The notes under the pieces were generated by a model. That model saw nothing but the letters and a program-made list of their open reading frames with translations. It made no database searches and was not told the origin of the DNA. Source: Candidatus Heimdallarchaeota archaeon (lineage in GTDB: Archaea > Asgardarchaeota > Heimdallarchaeia > JABLTI01). Taken from it: a stretch of 32,000 nucleotides of DNA. Position 1 is the stretch's first letter. Each line of letters opens with the position of its first letter. The stretch covers positions 31,466-63,465 of the forward strand of contig JAUWKS010000013.1 of the NCBI GenBank assembly GCA_030614005.1, written 5' to 3'. The position numbers and the translations under genes were made by a program. Positions 1-9,841 of this stretch are shown here, in pieces.

Positions 1-3000
1 TTTGATATTTACTAGATGTGCTTGTTGTAGTGTGCTGGCGAGGTTCCCTTCTTGGAAGGCTTCCAAAGATTTCTTGAGGGCTACAAATTTCTTATTTTTC
101 AAAACACGCTGATCGTCAACTTTATCAAAAATTGCTTGAATGGCATTGAAATCCCAAATACGCAGTTTCTTTAGTGACGTTCTGATTAGTAGATCTAAGA
201 ATAAGTTAATGATTTTTGAATCAGAAGTAGCTTCAAGATATTTGAACATTAAACCATCATAAATCTTGGTTTCTTCAATAAAGCTTCCAGTTCGCTCATA
301 AATATCTGTTGCAGCAAAAACATATGGAATAGAATGGAAAATCAAATCTTTCTTACCAGAATTAAGCATTTTTTTAGCTTGGTCTAGTGCCTGAAATGCA
401 ATATCTTCTGCTTCTTCGATTTTATCTCTATTTGCATAAACCATTCCAGGAACAAGATAACAAATATATCCATCTTCAATGGGTACAGTGTTGAAGAGAT
501 TCTGGATAGTTGTTGCTATGATTTGAATGCTATTTTCATCTCCAGAGAGCTCATAATTTTCAAGAGAAGTCGAATAATAGTATAACCCTTCTTTGAATTT
601 CTCTTCTTTAATTTTCTGATCGCCAATACTTGCACTTGTCATTGCAACCTCAGCAATTAAACGATTATTTCCATAGATTTCATATATTCTTCCAGCAGCT
701 TTTAGGAAATTGATAGCGTCACTTAATTTCTTCTTATCTGCTGCTAGTTGACCTAGAGCTATACATTGTTTGCCGATTTCAATAATTCTTTCTTTTTGTC
801 CTAAATCATTCATTGCCGTTGCCAAAGTTTCCATAAGGACATCAAGGCCCTTGAAACGTTTCTTCGTCAAACTCTCAAGTATGGCCAATAGGTTATCAAT
901 TATTGCAATTCCAATTTGATGTTGTTTTGATATACTTGCTAATCTTAATGCTTGATCCTCTATTCTAATGGCTTTATCGAATGTGATTGCTTTTTGTAGC
1001 AATAATTCAGCAGTTTGATGCCAAGCCATAATCATATTGGCAAAATCTAAATTGCCAAGAATTGATAGTGGATGATTTGTGTTGATAATTGAATTGAGTA
1101 ATTTGATAATATTTTCTCTAGCAAAAATTACTAGGTCGATATTTGCTTCTTCAGTAATATCTTGGTTTAACTGAATTAATGGAAAAGTTATAACAGAGTA
1201 GAAGTCTTTTTCTGATAGGTTAATAACTAAATTAGTAACTATACTTAGTAGTTTTCTACCCTCATTTCTAGTTGACGATTCAATGCAAAGTATCCTACCA
1301 GTTTGAGCTAAGGTGCCAATGAACTTTCTAATTTCTTTAGTATCATTGGTTTCTAGATAAATACTCCTTGCCTGATTTACAGTTGCATCAAGTAATTCGA
1401 GTTTTTTATTTTTTACTAAATAATTAACATGATTCAAATAATTATTTGCAATATCAATCTTTAATTTCGAATTACCCGCTAAATCTGCTGCAGCAAAAGC
1501 AGCATCTAAAATACCTCTAGCTATTCTTGGTCCACGTGAAACAAGTAATTTCTTACCATAAACAGTTAGCATCTTGGATAAATTCTCAAGGCCTTTCTGA
1601 TTTTTCGTTTGGGTCAAGAATTTAGTGGTAGAATCAACAAATTGCCCAATGAGTTCCAGTCGGCTTTCTTCATCTTCTATACTCTTTTCATATTGTGGTC
1701 CTAATACTTGGGAAATAGTTTCAAGATAGTTTGCTCCCGCTCGAGATGCTTTTTCGAGTTTCGTTTCATATTGGATGATAAGCTCACCGCCGGCATTCAT
1801 AAATTGAATGCCTAAAATTGGATCTCCTTCTTTAATTAATTTCAAACCGAAATCAATACATCTATTTCCTACTTTAGGTAGATAATCGTTTAAACCTGCT
1901 CTTGTAGAAAGTTCCATTGCTTTTGAGAAATAGAGCGCTGCAATATCGAAATTGCGTTCGTTGAGCATTTTACCGCCTTGATTGATGAAGATTTCAGAGA
2001 TAACCATTATTCTTTCAGTTCGTTGAAGGAAGATATACAATCCTCCAGCAAGTTCAACTAAAGGCATTCCAGCATTAACGTTATTATTATCAATTTGTTT
2101 TCGACCTTCTGCTATGAGCTCATTAACAACATCTAATGATTCTTTGGTCAAATTCCCTTGAGCCAAAAGGTGAACACCATTTCTAAATGCTTCAACAGCA
2201 GCAGCCATTTCGTTTCTTTTTACAAGCGTTCGACCTAAATCAATACTGATTTGACCTATGCCTATGAGGTCATTTATTGTTCGGAGGATACCGATGCCAG
2301 AAGCAAGAATAACATGAGATGCTTCAAGTTTCCCATCCTCTCTAAGAATAATGCCTTGATTTCTACAAACTGTAGCTAAATGCTTTATTGAAGATTCATC
2401 AGTGATTTGAGCAATTTTTTCCATACCCTTATCAATTAATCGACTACCACCAACATTTCTTCCATATGAAATCAAGAGTGCTGCTCCTACAAAACACTTC
2501 TCAATACCACCTGTTATTTCTCCTTTAGCAAAGAGAGCATCAATCGCTGTGTTGATTAAATGGAACCCTTCCTTGGCTCTTTCGACTTCAATATAATTCT
2601 TTGCGTGGGTAAGAAGCTTTTCAGTGCCTAGGAATAAATCATCTGCAGAGGTCATTGCTTCAAAGGCAATTGGTAACATTTTGAAAGCGGTGTCATATTC
2701 TCTCTTTTTCTGGAGATTTAAAGCGATTTTGAATATTGTATTTGCTAAATGGATTAAGCGATTTTTCTTTCCAGTTCTTCTAAAGAGAGTAAAGCTTTCT
2801 TTGAATAATTCTATAGATTTCTCATAATCTTTAATTTCATAAAATGTTTGACCTTCAATCATACAGAGACGGCCAGTGAATTCTTCACCAACAATTGCAC
2901 CAATAGTGAGTGCAACTTCCCATAATCGTAATCCAGCCTCTGGATTATTACTTTTGATATTTGCTGTACCAAAAGCCATGACCTTTAGAGCAGTTTCTTC

Positions 3001-6000
3001 AACTTCTTTCAAACGATTATTTTGTTCCAAAATTTTAGCTATTTTACCATAACAGAGAATAGCATTTTCTATACTATTTGCTGCCATTAATTGATCTACT
3101 AACTCTTCCAAAAATTGAATTGCTTCTTCTACCTGACTAATTTCAGTTAAAATTTCTGCGCCTCGAATACCCCAAGAAACAGCAACTTCATTGTTCTTCT
3201 CTTTGAGAAACTCTTCACAAGTGTTGATACAGATGCCTGCAGCTTCGATATGGTTATTCACACTTTGGAGAATTTCAATAGTGAGATTAATGTAATTTGT
3301 TGCAGGGAGAAGTTTCCTTTCAGCAATTAAATTGCTTGAAAAAACTGCTACTTTATTTGCTAGCTGACTGATTTGTTTCAAATTTTGGGCTTGAATATAT
3401 ACTTTGTAGGTTTTTTCTAGACTAATTAAAGCTGCTTCATGCAGATCTTCTTTTGAGTAGACTTCCCATTCAGTAAGTTTAATCTGTCCATTTAGTTTCA
3501 AATCATTAATTTGCAATGCGAAATTCTCAGCTACCTGATAGAATTCTTGACTTCTTGCTGCTCTTACTGTTCCATCTAATTTTATTGTGGGAATACTACC
3601 TCGAACAATTTCTGTTGCTATATCGACTATTTGTGTGATAAGTTTAGTCAATTCTTTGTTTTTATTTAGACTTAGATAAATGTCACCCGTATTTCTGATT
3701 TTGGCTAAACCCTCTTCCAAATTATTATTTACAATATAATATTGACCCATTGAGTTATGTATTTCAGCAATTGCTGAACGGTCTTCTATAATAACGAATA
3801 ATTTTATAGCTCTTTCTAAAAGATTTATGCCAAATTGAGGTGTGTGGCTATGAAGGAATTTTTCACCTTCCATTCTTGCTGTTTGAGCTCCTTGAATAGT
3901 TTGCTCTGCATTATTCAAAGCTTCAATACCCAGAGTAATCATATTATTCGATTCAGGAAGCATATCTCTTTGGAAGAGCTCTCTTCCTTTTTCAATAATT
4001 TCTGCACCAACTATAGCTGCATGTCGAACTGATGAAGAAATATACAAATCAATTGAATTTCCATAGTATTTTGTTGAAAGCTCATATTGTTCTTTTTCTA
4101 AAAACTTTTTAGCAACTTCATAAGATCGACCAGCTTCCGCCTCTGTGTTTACTGCACCATCTATCTGAATGGCAACTTGATATCCTTTTTCAGCGTTAAC
4201 AAAATCACCTTTATTCAGTATAGTTGTGTATGTTTCAAAGCAATGATTAGCAACACCAGGATAAATTTGATCTTTTTCGGGTATTTTATTTTTTACTGAA
4301 GCAAGACGGTAATACTCAAAACTTTTTTCGTGATTATCATGTTCAGAATGATATCTTGCTAATGCAGAGAGAATTCTCGCTGCTTCTTCAGGTTGATCCG
4401 CTTTAGTGAACTCAACAGCTCCCTCCTCAAAAAGAGGGTCTGCATATTCAGTAAGGTTCTTTCGTAAGAAATCTGCAGCAAAACTTACCATAATTTTAGC
4501 TGCACGTTCATATTCTCCTGCTTCAGAAAGCACTTTGCCACTCCCTCGAGCCGAGGCAAGTGTGATATCATTTAGTTCTTCAAGATTGAATTTTCTAACA
4601 TTCCCTATGTGATCCTCAATAGTTTCTACGGCTGAATTAATATTTCGTTTAATTAATGCTCTCGAGAGTGTTTCATTAAACTCACAGGCAGCACTCCACA
4701 ATCCTTTGGCATTAATAATATCTCCAGTTTTTATACACTGCTCTGAATACTTTGTGGCGAGAAGAACTAATGGTTTGAATTTTTGCTCTCTAAGTTCTTC
4801 AGGAATTGTTTGAGCAGCAAGTTTCAATCGATCTAATGCAATGTCAAAATGGCCTTCTACTAATAGTTCATCAGCAAGTTTGACATATACATCTGCTGCC
4901 TCCTCGCTTTTCCCTGCTTCAATATATGCTTCAGCTGCTTTTGTTGCTAAATCAATGCCTGTTTGAAGATTTCTAACCTTAAACATAGGTTGCCACGAAG
5001 AATCAAGAGTATCTGCTGCTAGTTCTATTTCCCCTAATTCCATAAAGAACTCCGCACAAAGACGATACATTATCTCAGCATAATGGAAATCATTTTTACT
5101 AAATCGCTCTCGAGCGAGTTGTCGTATTTCACTGGGGATATCCACTCTTTCTTCGCTCTCAGGCAAATCTTTTAGTGGGTCAATCATTTTTTTGAAAGCT
5201 TCAGTGGCTAGTTGGAATTTGTTATATTTTAGTAGAAGCTCTGCTTCTTTCCTATAAACTACTACCTCAAAATTACGATCAATTAATCTTCCAATCTCAA
5301 TTGCAATATAAAAATAGTCTCTGCCAATTGGATATTGCTCTATTGTGTGAAGTTGGAGTCCTAATGAAATAATATTATTCCCAAATTCAATGGTTTTATC
5401 TTTATTACCAATTTCAATGTAATATTCTTTAGCCATATTATAGTAGGGAATTGCCTCTCGATAGAGTTTCTTTTCAAAAATAGCTAATCCAATTAAAGCT
5501 AGCTCACGTGCAAGAACCGTTATAGCTGGAACTGCTTTTCGAGTAATACAGATATCTTTTGCATGTTTAATTAAACGAATAGCAGTGCTATTATTAAAAT
5601 CAACTGCAGCTGCTTTCAAAAGTTGGTTTTCTGGGTCTAAAATTTCAGGAATTAAGCTCTCTATGTGAGAGACAAAATTTGCCATCACATTTTCAGCTGC
5701 TAGGATAATAGTTTCCTTATTATCAGTATTCATCTCAAGAAGTAGCTTAACAGCTTCGTCAAGTGTTTTCTCTCCTTTTTCAGCTTGACCGCTTTCAATA
5801 TATCTTTGAGAGAGTGATGTGTAGAAATCAATTGTGCCAATTTCATAATCAGCTTTTTTATAGAGTACTTTTGCTTTCTCTAAATACTCTTCCCCAATTT
5901 TCTCTTCGTCAGCTCTAACTCTTGCTTTAGATAATATTTGAATGGTATTTTCAATGTAAGCTTTAGCTGCCTCTAGGTATTTTCCTTTTGGATCCTTGCC

Positions 6001-6363
6001 AATTTTTTCATACTGATTTGCAATTGTTTCATTTATTTTGCCTACTAAATCAAACCTGTTTTCCTTTGTCTGGAAAATTATTGCTGCTTTCTCTAAGAAA
6101 TTTTCAGCACTAGTTTGAAATGACTCATATTCCGAATGATCCAGTTTTTCACTTGCATCAATAAAATAATTAATCGTTTGAATCAATATTTTTGAATCAT
6201 TTTTAGTAATTACTGCTTCAGCAATTTCCAGCATTAACCGAGAAGCTTCTTCAAAATTGTCTTTCTCGATAAAAACTTGTATTAACCTAAAGAATTCATC
6301 AACTGCTGCTCTTGTTGAGCCAGAGTTTAAGAGATGGCGTGCTTTTTCAATATTTTCAAACAT
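1..6363 (-). CDS. Giant alpha-helical repeat (TPR/alpha-SNAP-like solenoid) protein, >=2121 aa; 3' end lies beyond the window start
   Basis: Not in the ORF track because it has no stop inside the window. I read the minus frame from ATG 6363 (MFENIEKARHLLNSG...) to position 1 and found no in-frame stop; an upstream in-frame TAG sits at 6388-6390. The protein is a continuous run of helical TPR-like units (e.g. AAEAYIEAGKSEEAADVYVKLA, EEAARILSALARYH, EKSFEYYRLA) with no recognisable catalytic motif or TM segment. Confidence 0.93.
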   Translation of the reverse strand, partial: MFENIEKARHLLNSGSTRAAVDEFFRLIQVFIEKDNFEEASRLMLEIAEAVITKNDSKILIQTINYFIDASEKLDHSEYESFQTSAENFLEKAAIIFQTKENRFDLVGKINETIANQYEKIGKDPKGKYLEAAKAYIENTIQILSKARVRADEEKIGEEYLEKAKVLYKKADYEIGTIDFYTSLSQRYIESGQAEKGEKTLDEAVKLLLEMNTDNKETIILAAENVMANFVSHIESLIPEILDPENQLLKAAAVDFNNSTAIRLIKHAKDICITRKAVPAITVLARELALIGLAIFEKKLYREAIPYYNMAKEYYIEIGNKDKTIEFGNNIISLGLQLHTIEQYPIGRDYFYIAIEIGRLIDRNFEVVVYRKEAELLLKYNKFQLATEAFKKMIDPLKDLPESEERVDIPSEIRQLARERFSKNDFHYAEIMYRLCAEFFMELGEIELAADTLDSSWQPMFKVRNLQTGIDLATKAAEAYIEAGKSEEAADVYVKLADELLVEGHFDIALDRLKLAAQTIPEELREQKFKPLVLLATKYSEQCIKTGDIINAKGLWSAACEFNETLSRALIKRNINSAVETIEDHIGNVRKFNLEELNDITLASARGSGKVLSEAGEYERAAKIMVSFAADFLRKNLTEYADPLFEEGAVEFTKADQPEEAARILSALARYHSEHDNHEKSFEYYRLASVKNKIPEKDQIYPGVANHCFETYTTILNKGDFVNAEKGYQVAIQIDGAVNTEAEAGRSYEVAKKFLEKEQYELSTKYYGNSIDLYISSSVRHAAIVGAEIIEKGRELFQRDMLPESNNMITLGIEALNNAEQTIQGAQTARMEGEKFLHSHTPQFGINLLERAIKLFVIIEDRSAIAEIHNSMGQYYIVNNNLEEGLAKIRNTGDIYLSLNKNKELTKLITQIVDIATEIVRGSIPTIKLDGTVRAARSQEFYQVAENFALQINDLKLNGQIKLTEWEVYSKEDLHEAALISLEKTYKVYIQAQNLKQISQLANKVAVFSSNLIAERKLLPATNYINLTIEILQSVNNHIEAAGICINTCEEFLKEKNNEVAVSWGIRGAEILTEISQVEEAIQFLEELVDQLMAANSIENAILCYGKIAKILEQNNRLKEVEETALKVMAFGTANIKSNNPEAGLRLWEVALTIGAIVGEEFTGRLCMIEGQTFYEIKDYEKSIELFKESFTLFRRTGKKNRLIHLANTIFKIALNLQKKREYDTAFKMLPIAFEAMTSADDLFLGTEKLLTHAKNYIEVERAKEGFHLINTAIDALFAKGEITGGIEKCFVGAALLISYGRNVGGSRLIDKGMEKIAQITDESSIKHLATVCRNQGIILREDGKLEASHVILASGIGILRTINDLIGIGQISIDLGRTLVKRNEMAAAVEAFRNGVHLLAQGNLTKESLDVVNELIAEGRKQIDNNNVNAGMPLVELAGGLYIFLQRTERIMVISEIFINQGGKMLNERNFDIAALYFSKAMELSTRAGLNDYLPKVGNRCIDFGLKLIKEGDPILGIQFMNAGGELIIQYETKLEKASRAGANYLETISQVLGPQYEKSIEDEESRLELIGQFVDSTTKFLTQTKNQKGLENLSKMLTVYGKKLLVSRGPRIARGILDAAFAAADLAGNSKLKIDIANNYLNHVNYLVKNKKLELLDATVNQARSIYLETNDTKEIRKFIGTLAQTGRILCIESSTRNEGRKLLSIVTNLVINLSEKDFYSVITFPLIQLNQDITEEANIDLVIFARENIIKLLNSIINTNHPLSILGNLDFANMIMAWHQTAELLLQKAITFDKAIRIEDQALRLASISKQHQIGIAIIDNLLAILESLTKKRFKGLDVLMETLATAMNDLGQKERIIEIGKQCIALGQLAADKKKLSDAINFLKAAGRIYEIYGNNRLIAEVAMTSASIGDQKIKEEKFKEGLYYYSTSLENYELSGDENSIQIIATTIQNLFNTVPIEDGYICYLVPGMVYANRDKIEEAEDIAFQALDQAKKMLNSGKKDLIFHSIPYVFAATDIYERTGSFIEETKIYDGLMFKYLEATSDSKIINLFLDLLIRTSLKKLRIWDFNAIQAIFDKVDDQRVLKNKKFVALKKSLEAFQEGNLASTLQQAHLVNIK

Positions 6364-6596
6364 CGTTAGTTTTACAACCCACAAAGCCTATAATATAGTG
6401 CAAGATCTTTTTATTTCTACTTCTAATTGAATATAGACTATTTACTTATATATTTGACTCTTATCCAAATAAAAATTGTGTTTAATGATATTCTTCGAAG
6501 ATTTAAACATCTTCAAATAGGCAAAGTAATTTCCCATGGTCAGTATTTATATTAGATGCTTTATTATGTTATACAATTAACATAGGTGAATATACA

Positions 6597-7973
6597 ATGG
6601 ATTTATCAGTTAGCTTTCATGGAGCAGTAGCGAGAACAACAGGTTCTGCGCACTTAATTCGAGCGGGTAATAAACGGATTTTATTAGATTGTGGATTGAT
6701 ACAAGGAATACCTCATCATTATAATCAAAATTTCTCATTTGATCCAAAATCCATTGATGATATTGTTTTGTCGCATGCACATTTAGACCATTCCGGAAGA
6801 ATACCTCTGATGTTCAAACAGGGGTTCGAAGGAAACATCTATTGTACTGCTGCAACAAAAGATTTAGTCAAAGTATTGCTTTTAGATGCAGTGAAAATAT
6901 CTCGAATAAAAATGAAGAAAACACGCATTGGTGGTAGAAGAGTTTCCTTAGACCCCTTATATGTTGAAAAAGATGTATATAATGCATTGAAACATTTTAT
7001 TACTGTTCCTTATCATCAGGTTAAGAACATTGATAGAAAAATCTCTTTGAAATTCATTGACGCTGGACACATTCTTGGATCTGCGCAAGTTATACTTGAT
7101 TGTGATGGAACAATTATTACTTTTACAGGCGATTTAGGACAAAATGGTATGCCTTTGATTCGTAACCCTGATCCAATTAAGAAAACACATTACTTGATAA
7201 CCGAATCAACATATGGCAATCGAATCCACCCACCCATGGGAAAAGCTGCCCAAGAGTTAATCCAGTATGCAAAACACATTTATGATGAAGGGGGGAAGCT
7301 AATCGTTCCATCATTCGCAATTGGAAGAACGCAAACACTGATTTACTTTCTAAATGAAACATTTGAGAAAGAGGAAATCGATAAAATGCCAGTCTATATT
7401 GATTCACCTATGGCAATAGATGCAACGGAAATTTATATAAAACATCCAGAATGCTTTGATAAAGAAACCTTGAAGTTACTAAAATCAGGTGACAATCCTT
7501 TGATGTTTCCTGAATTATCCTTTTCAAAAACCCATCGCGATTCAAGAAGCATATTGAAGGGCTGGGAAACATGTGTTGTTTTTGCTGGTTCTGGTATGTG
7601 CACTGGAGGACGAGTATTAAGTCATTTAATTAATGAATTGCCTACAAGAAAATCTATCGTGTTGCTGGTTGGATTTCAAGCTAAAGGTACTCTGGGAAGA
7701 GAGCTCTATGAAGGAGCTAAATCAGTAAAGATTTATAATAAAGAAATTAAAATTCGTGCAAAGGTAAAATCTATCGGAGGCTTCAGTGCACATGCTGATC
7801 GAAGGGAACTTATTGATCATATAGCGAAAATTCGAAAGAAACCTGCAAAAACATTTGTGGTGCATGGGGAAGCACAACAATCATTGACTTTTGCTGCAAA
7901 CATAAGAAATACTTTACGGATATGGGCGCGTGTACCTGAATATAAGAAAGAGTATCGTCTCAAACCATTGTAA
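6597..7973 (+). CDS. Metallo-beta-lactamase / beta-CASP family ribonuclease (COG1236-type)
   Basis: Motifs LLDCG, SHAHLDHSG (HxHxDH), DAGHILGSA, TGDLG, TESTYG, PSFAIGRTQ, GSGMCTGG, FSAHADR and VHGE; SD-like AGGTGA upstream. Confidence 0.93.
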   Translation: MDLSVSFHGAVARTTGSAHLIRAGNKRILLDCGLIQGIPHHYNQNFSFDPKSIDDIVLSHAHLDHSGRIPLMFKQGFEGNIYCTAATKDLVKVLLLDAVKISRIKMKKTRIGGRRVSLDPLYVEKDVYNALKHFITVPYHQVKNIDRKISLKFIDAGHILGSAQVILDCDGTIITFTGDLGQNGMPLIRNPDPIKKTHYLITESTYGNRIHPPMGKAAQELIQYAKHIYDEGGKLIVPSFAIGRTQTLIYFLNETFEKEEIDKMPVYIDSPMAIDATEIYIKHPECFDKETLKLLKSGDNPLMFPELSFSKTHRDSRSILKGWETCVVFAGSGMCTGGRVLSHLINELPTRKSIVLLVGFQAKGTLGRELYEGAKSVKIYNKEIKIRAKVKSIGGFSAHADRRELIDHIAKIRKKPAKTFVVHGEAQQSLTFAANIRNTLRIWARVPEYKKEYRLKPL

Positions 7974-7986
7974 TAAAGTGGTTTTT

Positions 7987-9762
7987 CTAAACTTGACTCC
8001 TATAGACAATTGCATTCGGTACTCCCGCAATATTAGCTACGACTATTAATCCGTGCTGTGAAAAGAATTCATGAATGTCAAAGAAATATAGAGTCACTCT
8101 TTGAATATCAGTCGTTCGAACAACAACATACGTACCTTTTATTGAGAATTTTTCTAAAGTATCACTATCATTCAGTCTCCATATTGGACTTGTAAATTGT
8201 GAACGTATGAAAGTAATTGAAATATTTTTATTCAAATAAGCGTAACCACCTGTATACCAAACCATTTCTAGAACAATAAGCCTTTCAGAATCTTCTTGTT
8301 GCCCTACCCAGTACATTGCATTACAGATGCCTGAATTCCATTTCCACATATAGTTTTTCTTAACTAATCCCATATACAATGAAGATGTGCTTAACATAAC
8401 CAGAAGTAAACCTAAAACAACATATTGAAACTGTTTTCTTTTAACCAATTTCGAAAATTTGTAAATACCATTAGCAACGAAAAGCATGCCAAGGGGAAGA
8501 AAGGTCATTATAAATCTAAATTCTTTATGAGCAATGGATGAGAAAATTGCTAACCAATAGAACATTAAAATTAAAACGAATACTTTTGACTTGGTCTTTT
8601 CCTTAAAAATAAGTCCAAAAATGAGTAAGAAAAAAAAGATGAATATGAAGATATAGGCGAAATCAGTGAAAAATCCGGCAAAGTATTGGAACCAGGGAGA
8701 CGTACCATGATATGCACTATTGCCTTCCACAATATTATATCGAAAGTAATTGATAGGCGAATGAAGAAAGGTACCCCAAGTAAATAAATCTAATAATCCC
8801 TGGAAGAGAACCATCAAAAATGCTCCCCCACAAAAACTTGCTAGAGTTGAAAACGAATTAAGATATTCACCTCTACTTAGAGGTTCATATGTTTTCTCTT
8901 TCTTCTTAGCTAACGTTCTAAATGAAATAGCTATTTTTCTGCAAACATCTACAATAGGTTTGTATAAAATTGCAATTGCTAGAGGTATCCCCATAAGAGC
9001 TCCTGGAAATCGTATCATAAAAGATAGTCCTAATGAAAGTCCGGCAATTGCAGAAAGAGTGACTTTCCTCTTCGCTTTTTCATGTCTTATCGCCTTATAA
9101 ATTAGAAAAATGCTTAGAAAGAGAAAATCAGAAGACAATGAATCTGTCATAGTTCGACTCGCCCAATAAGGGAAAAACCACCAAGTACCACAAATAAATG
9201 CACTTATTAAACCAACGATTTTATTAAACATCTCTTTGCCAAATAGATATGAAACTACAACAGTAATTATTGAGAAAAGAGAAAGAAATAATCGAGCCGA
9301 ATAAATCAAAACCAATGGATCTGTTATTCCGAAGAGCATTAGAAATTTATAGACCCCAACAAGTATTAAAACAAAGAACCATGACCTTGCTCCACCAAAT
9401 CGATAAGCAGTGTTGTATTCCCAAGGAATGGTTTGACCTGTTCCATATTCCCCATATATCCAATAATGAATCATTTCAAGCGATTGAAAGACTTCATCAG
9501 GATGAACAAACCCTTGGGATTCTTGTGCAGCTAAGAGACGAAGAAGAATGGATAAAATGATAATAACTGTCAAAGGTAAATAATTGAATATTTTTTTGAA
9601 AAACGTTGTACTAACAACATCAGAGAAATTCTTTCTAGTGGGCATGTGTTCATTCACTTTTTCTTGATCATGAATGGAGAATTGAGTTTTAGTAGGTTGG
9701 TCTCCATCGAGCAAAAGCCATTCTCTCCAGTTTAGGTATACAAGGTTAGAAATATTAACCAT
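7987..9762 (-). CDS. GT-C fold glycosyltransferase family 22 (PIG-B/GPI10-, ALG9-like mannosyltransferase), multi-pass membrane protein
   Basis: FVHPDEVFQSLEMIH resembles the PIG-B first luminal loop (FVPDEYWQSLEVSH, recalled); also PWEY...RSW, SRTMTD and HKEFRFI; about 10-12 hydrophobic segments. The true start may be the downstream ATG (MPTRK). Confidence 0.85.
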   Translation of the reverse strand: MVNISNLVYLNWREWLLLDGDQPTKTQFSIHDQEKVNEHMPTRKNFSDVVSTTFFKKIFNYLPLTVIIILSILLRLLAAQESQGFVHPDEVFQSLEMIHYWIYGEYGTGQTIPWEYNTAYRFGGARSWFFVLILVGVYKFLMLFGITDPLVLIYSARLFLSLFSIITVVVSYLFGKEMFNKIVGLISAFICGTWWFFPYWASRTMTDSLSSDFLFLSIFLIYKAIRHEKAKRKVTLSAIAGLSLGLSFMIRFPGALMGIPLAIAILYKPIVDVCRKIAISFRTLAKKKEKTYEPLSRGEYLNSFSTLASFCGGAFLMVLFQGLLDLFTWGTFLHSPINYFRYNIVEGNSAYHGTSPWFQYFAGFFTDFAYIFIFIFFFLLIFGLIFKEKTKSKVFVLILMFYWLAIFSSIAHKEFRFIMTFLPLGMLFVANGIYKFSKLVKRKQFQYVVLGLLLVMLSTSSLYMGLVKKNYMWKWNSGICNAMYWVGQQEDSERLIVLEMVWYTGGYAYLNKNISITFIRSQFTSPIWRLNDSDTLEKFSIKGTYVVVRTTDIQRVTLYFFDIHEFFSQHGLIVVANIAGVPNAIVYRSQV

Positions 9763-9841
9763 AAAAAACTATTCCATATGCTACTATAACACAAGTATTT
9801 TATAAATAATAGAACTCGATATTACATACAGAGGTAGAAAA
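9763..9841. promoter_or_regulatory. Short divergent promoter region with a near-palindromic TATA element
   Basis: 79-bp gap between head-to-head genes; TATTTTATAAATA at ~9796-9808 reads as a TATA box on both strands; SD-like GAGGT at 9831-9835 precedes TTG 9842. Confidence 0.5.

Noticed and set aside
2624-4612. Short plus-strand ORFs 2624-2827, 3835-4032 and 4406-4612
   Set aside because: Antisense shadows inside the giant minus-strand gene; no protein-like motifs.
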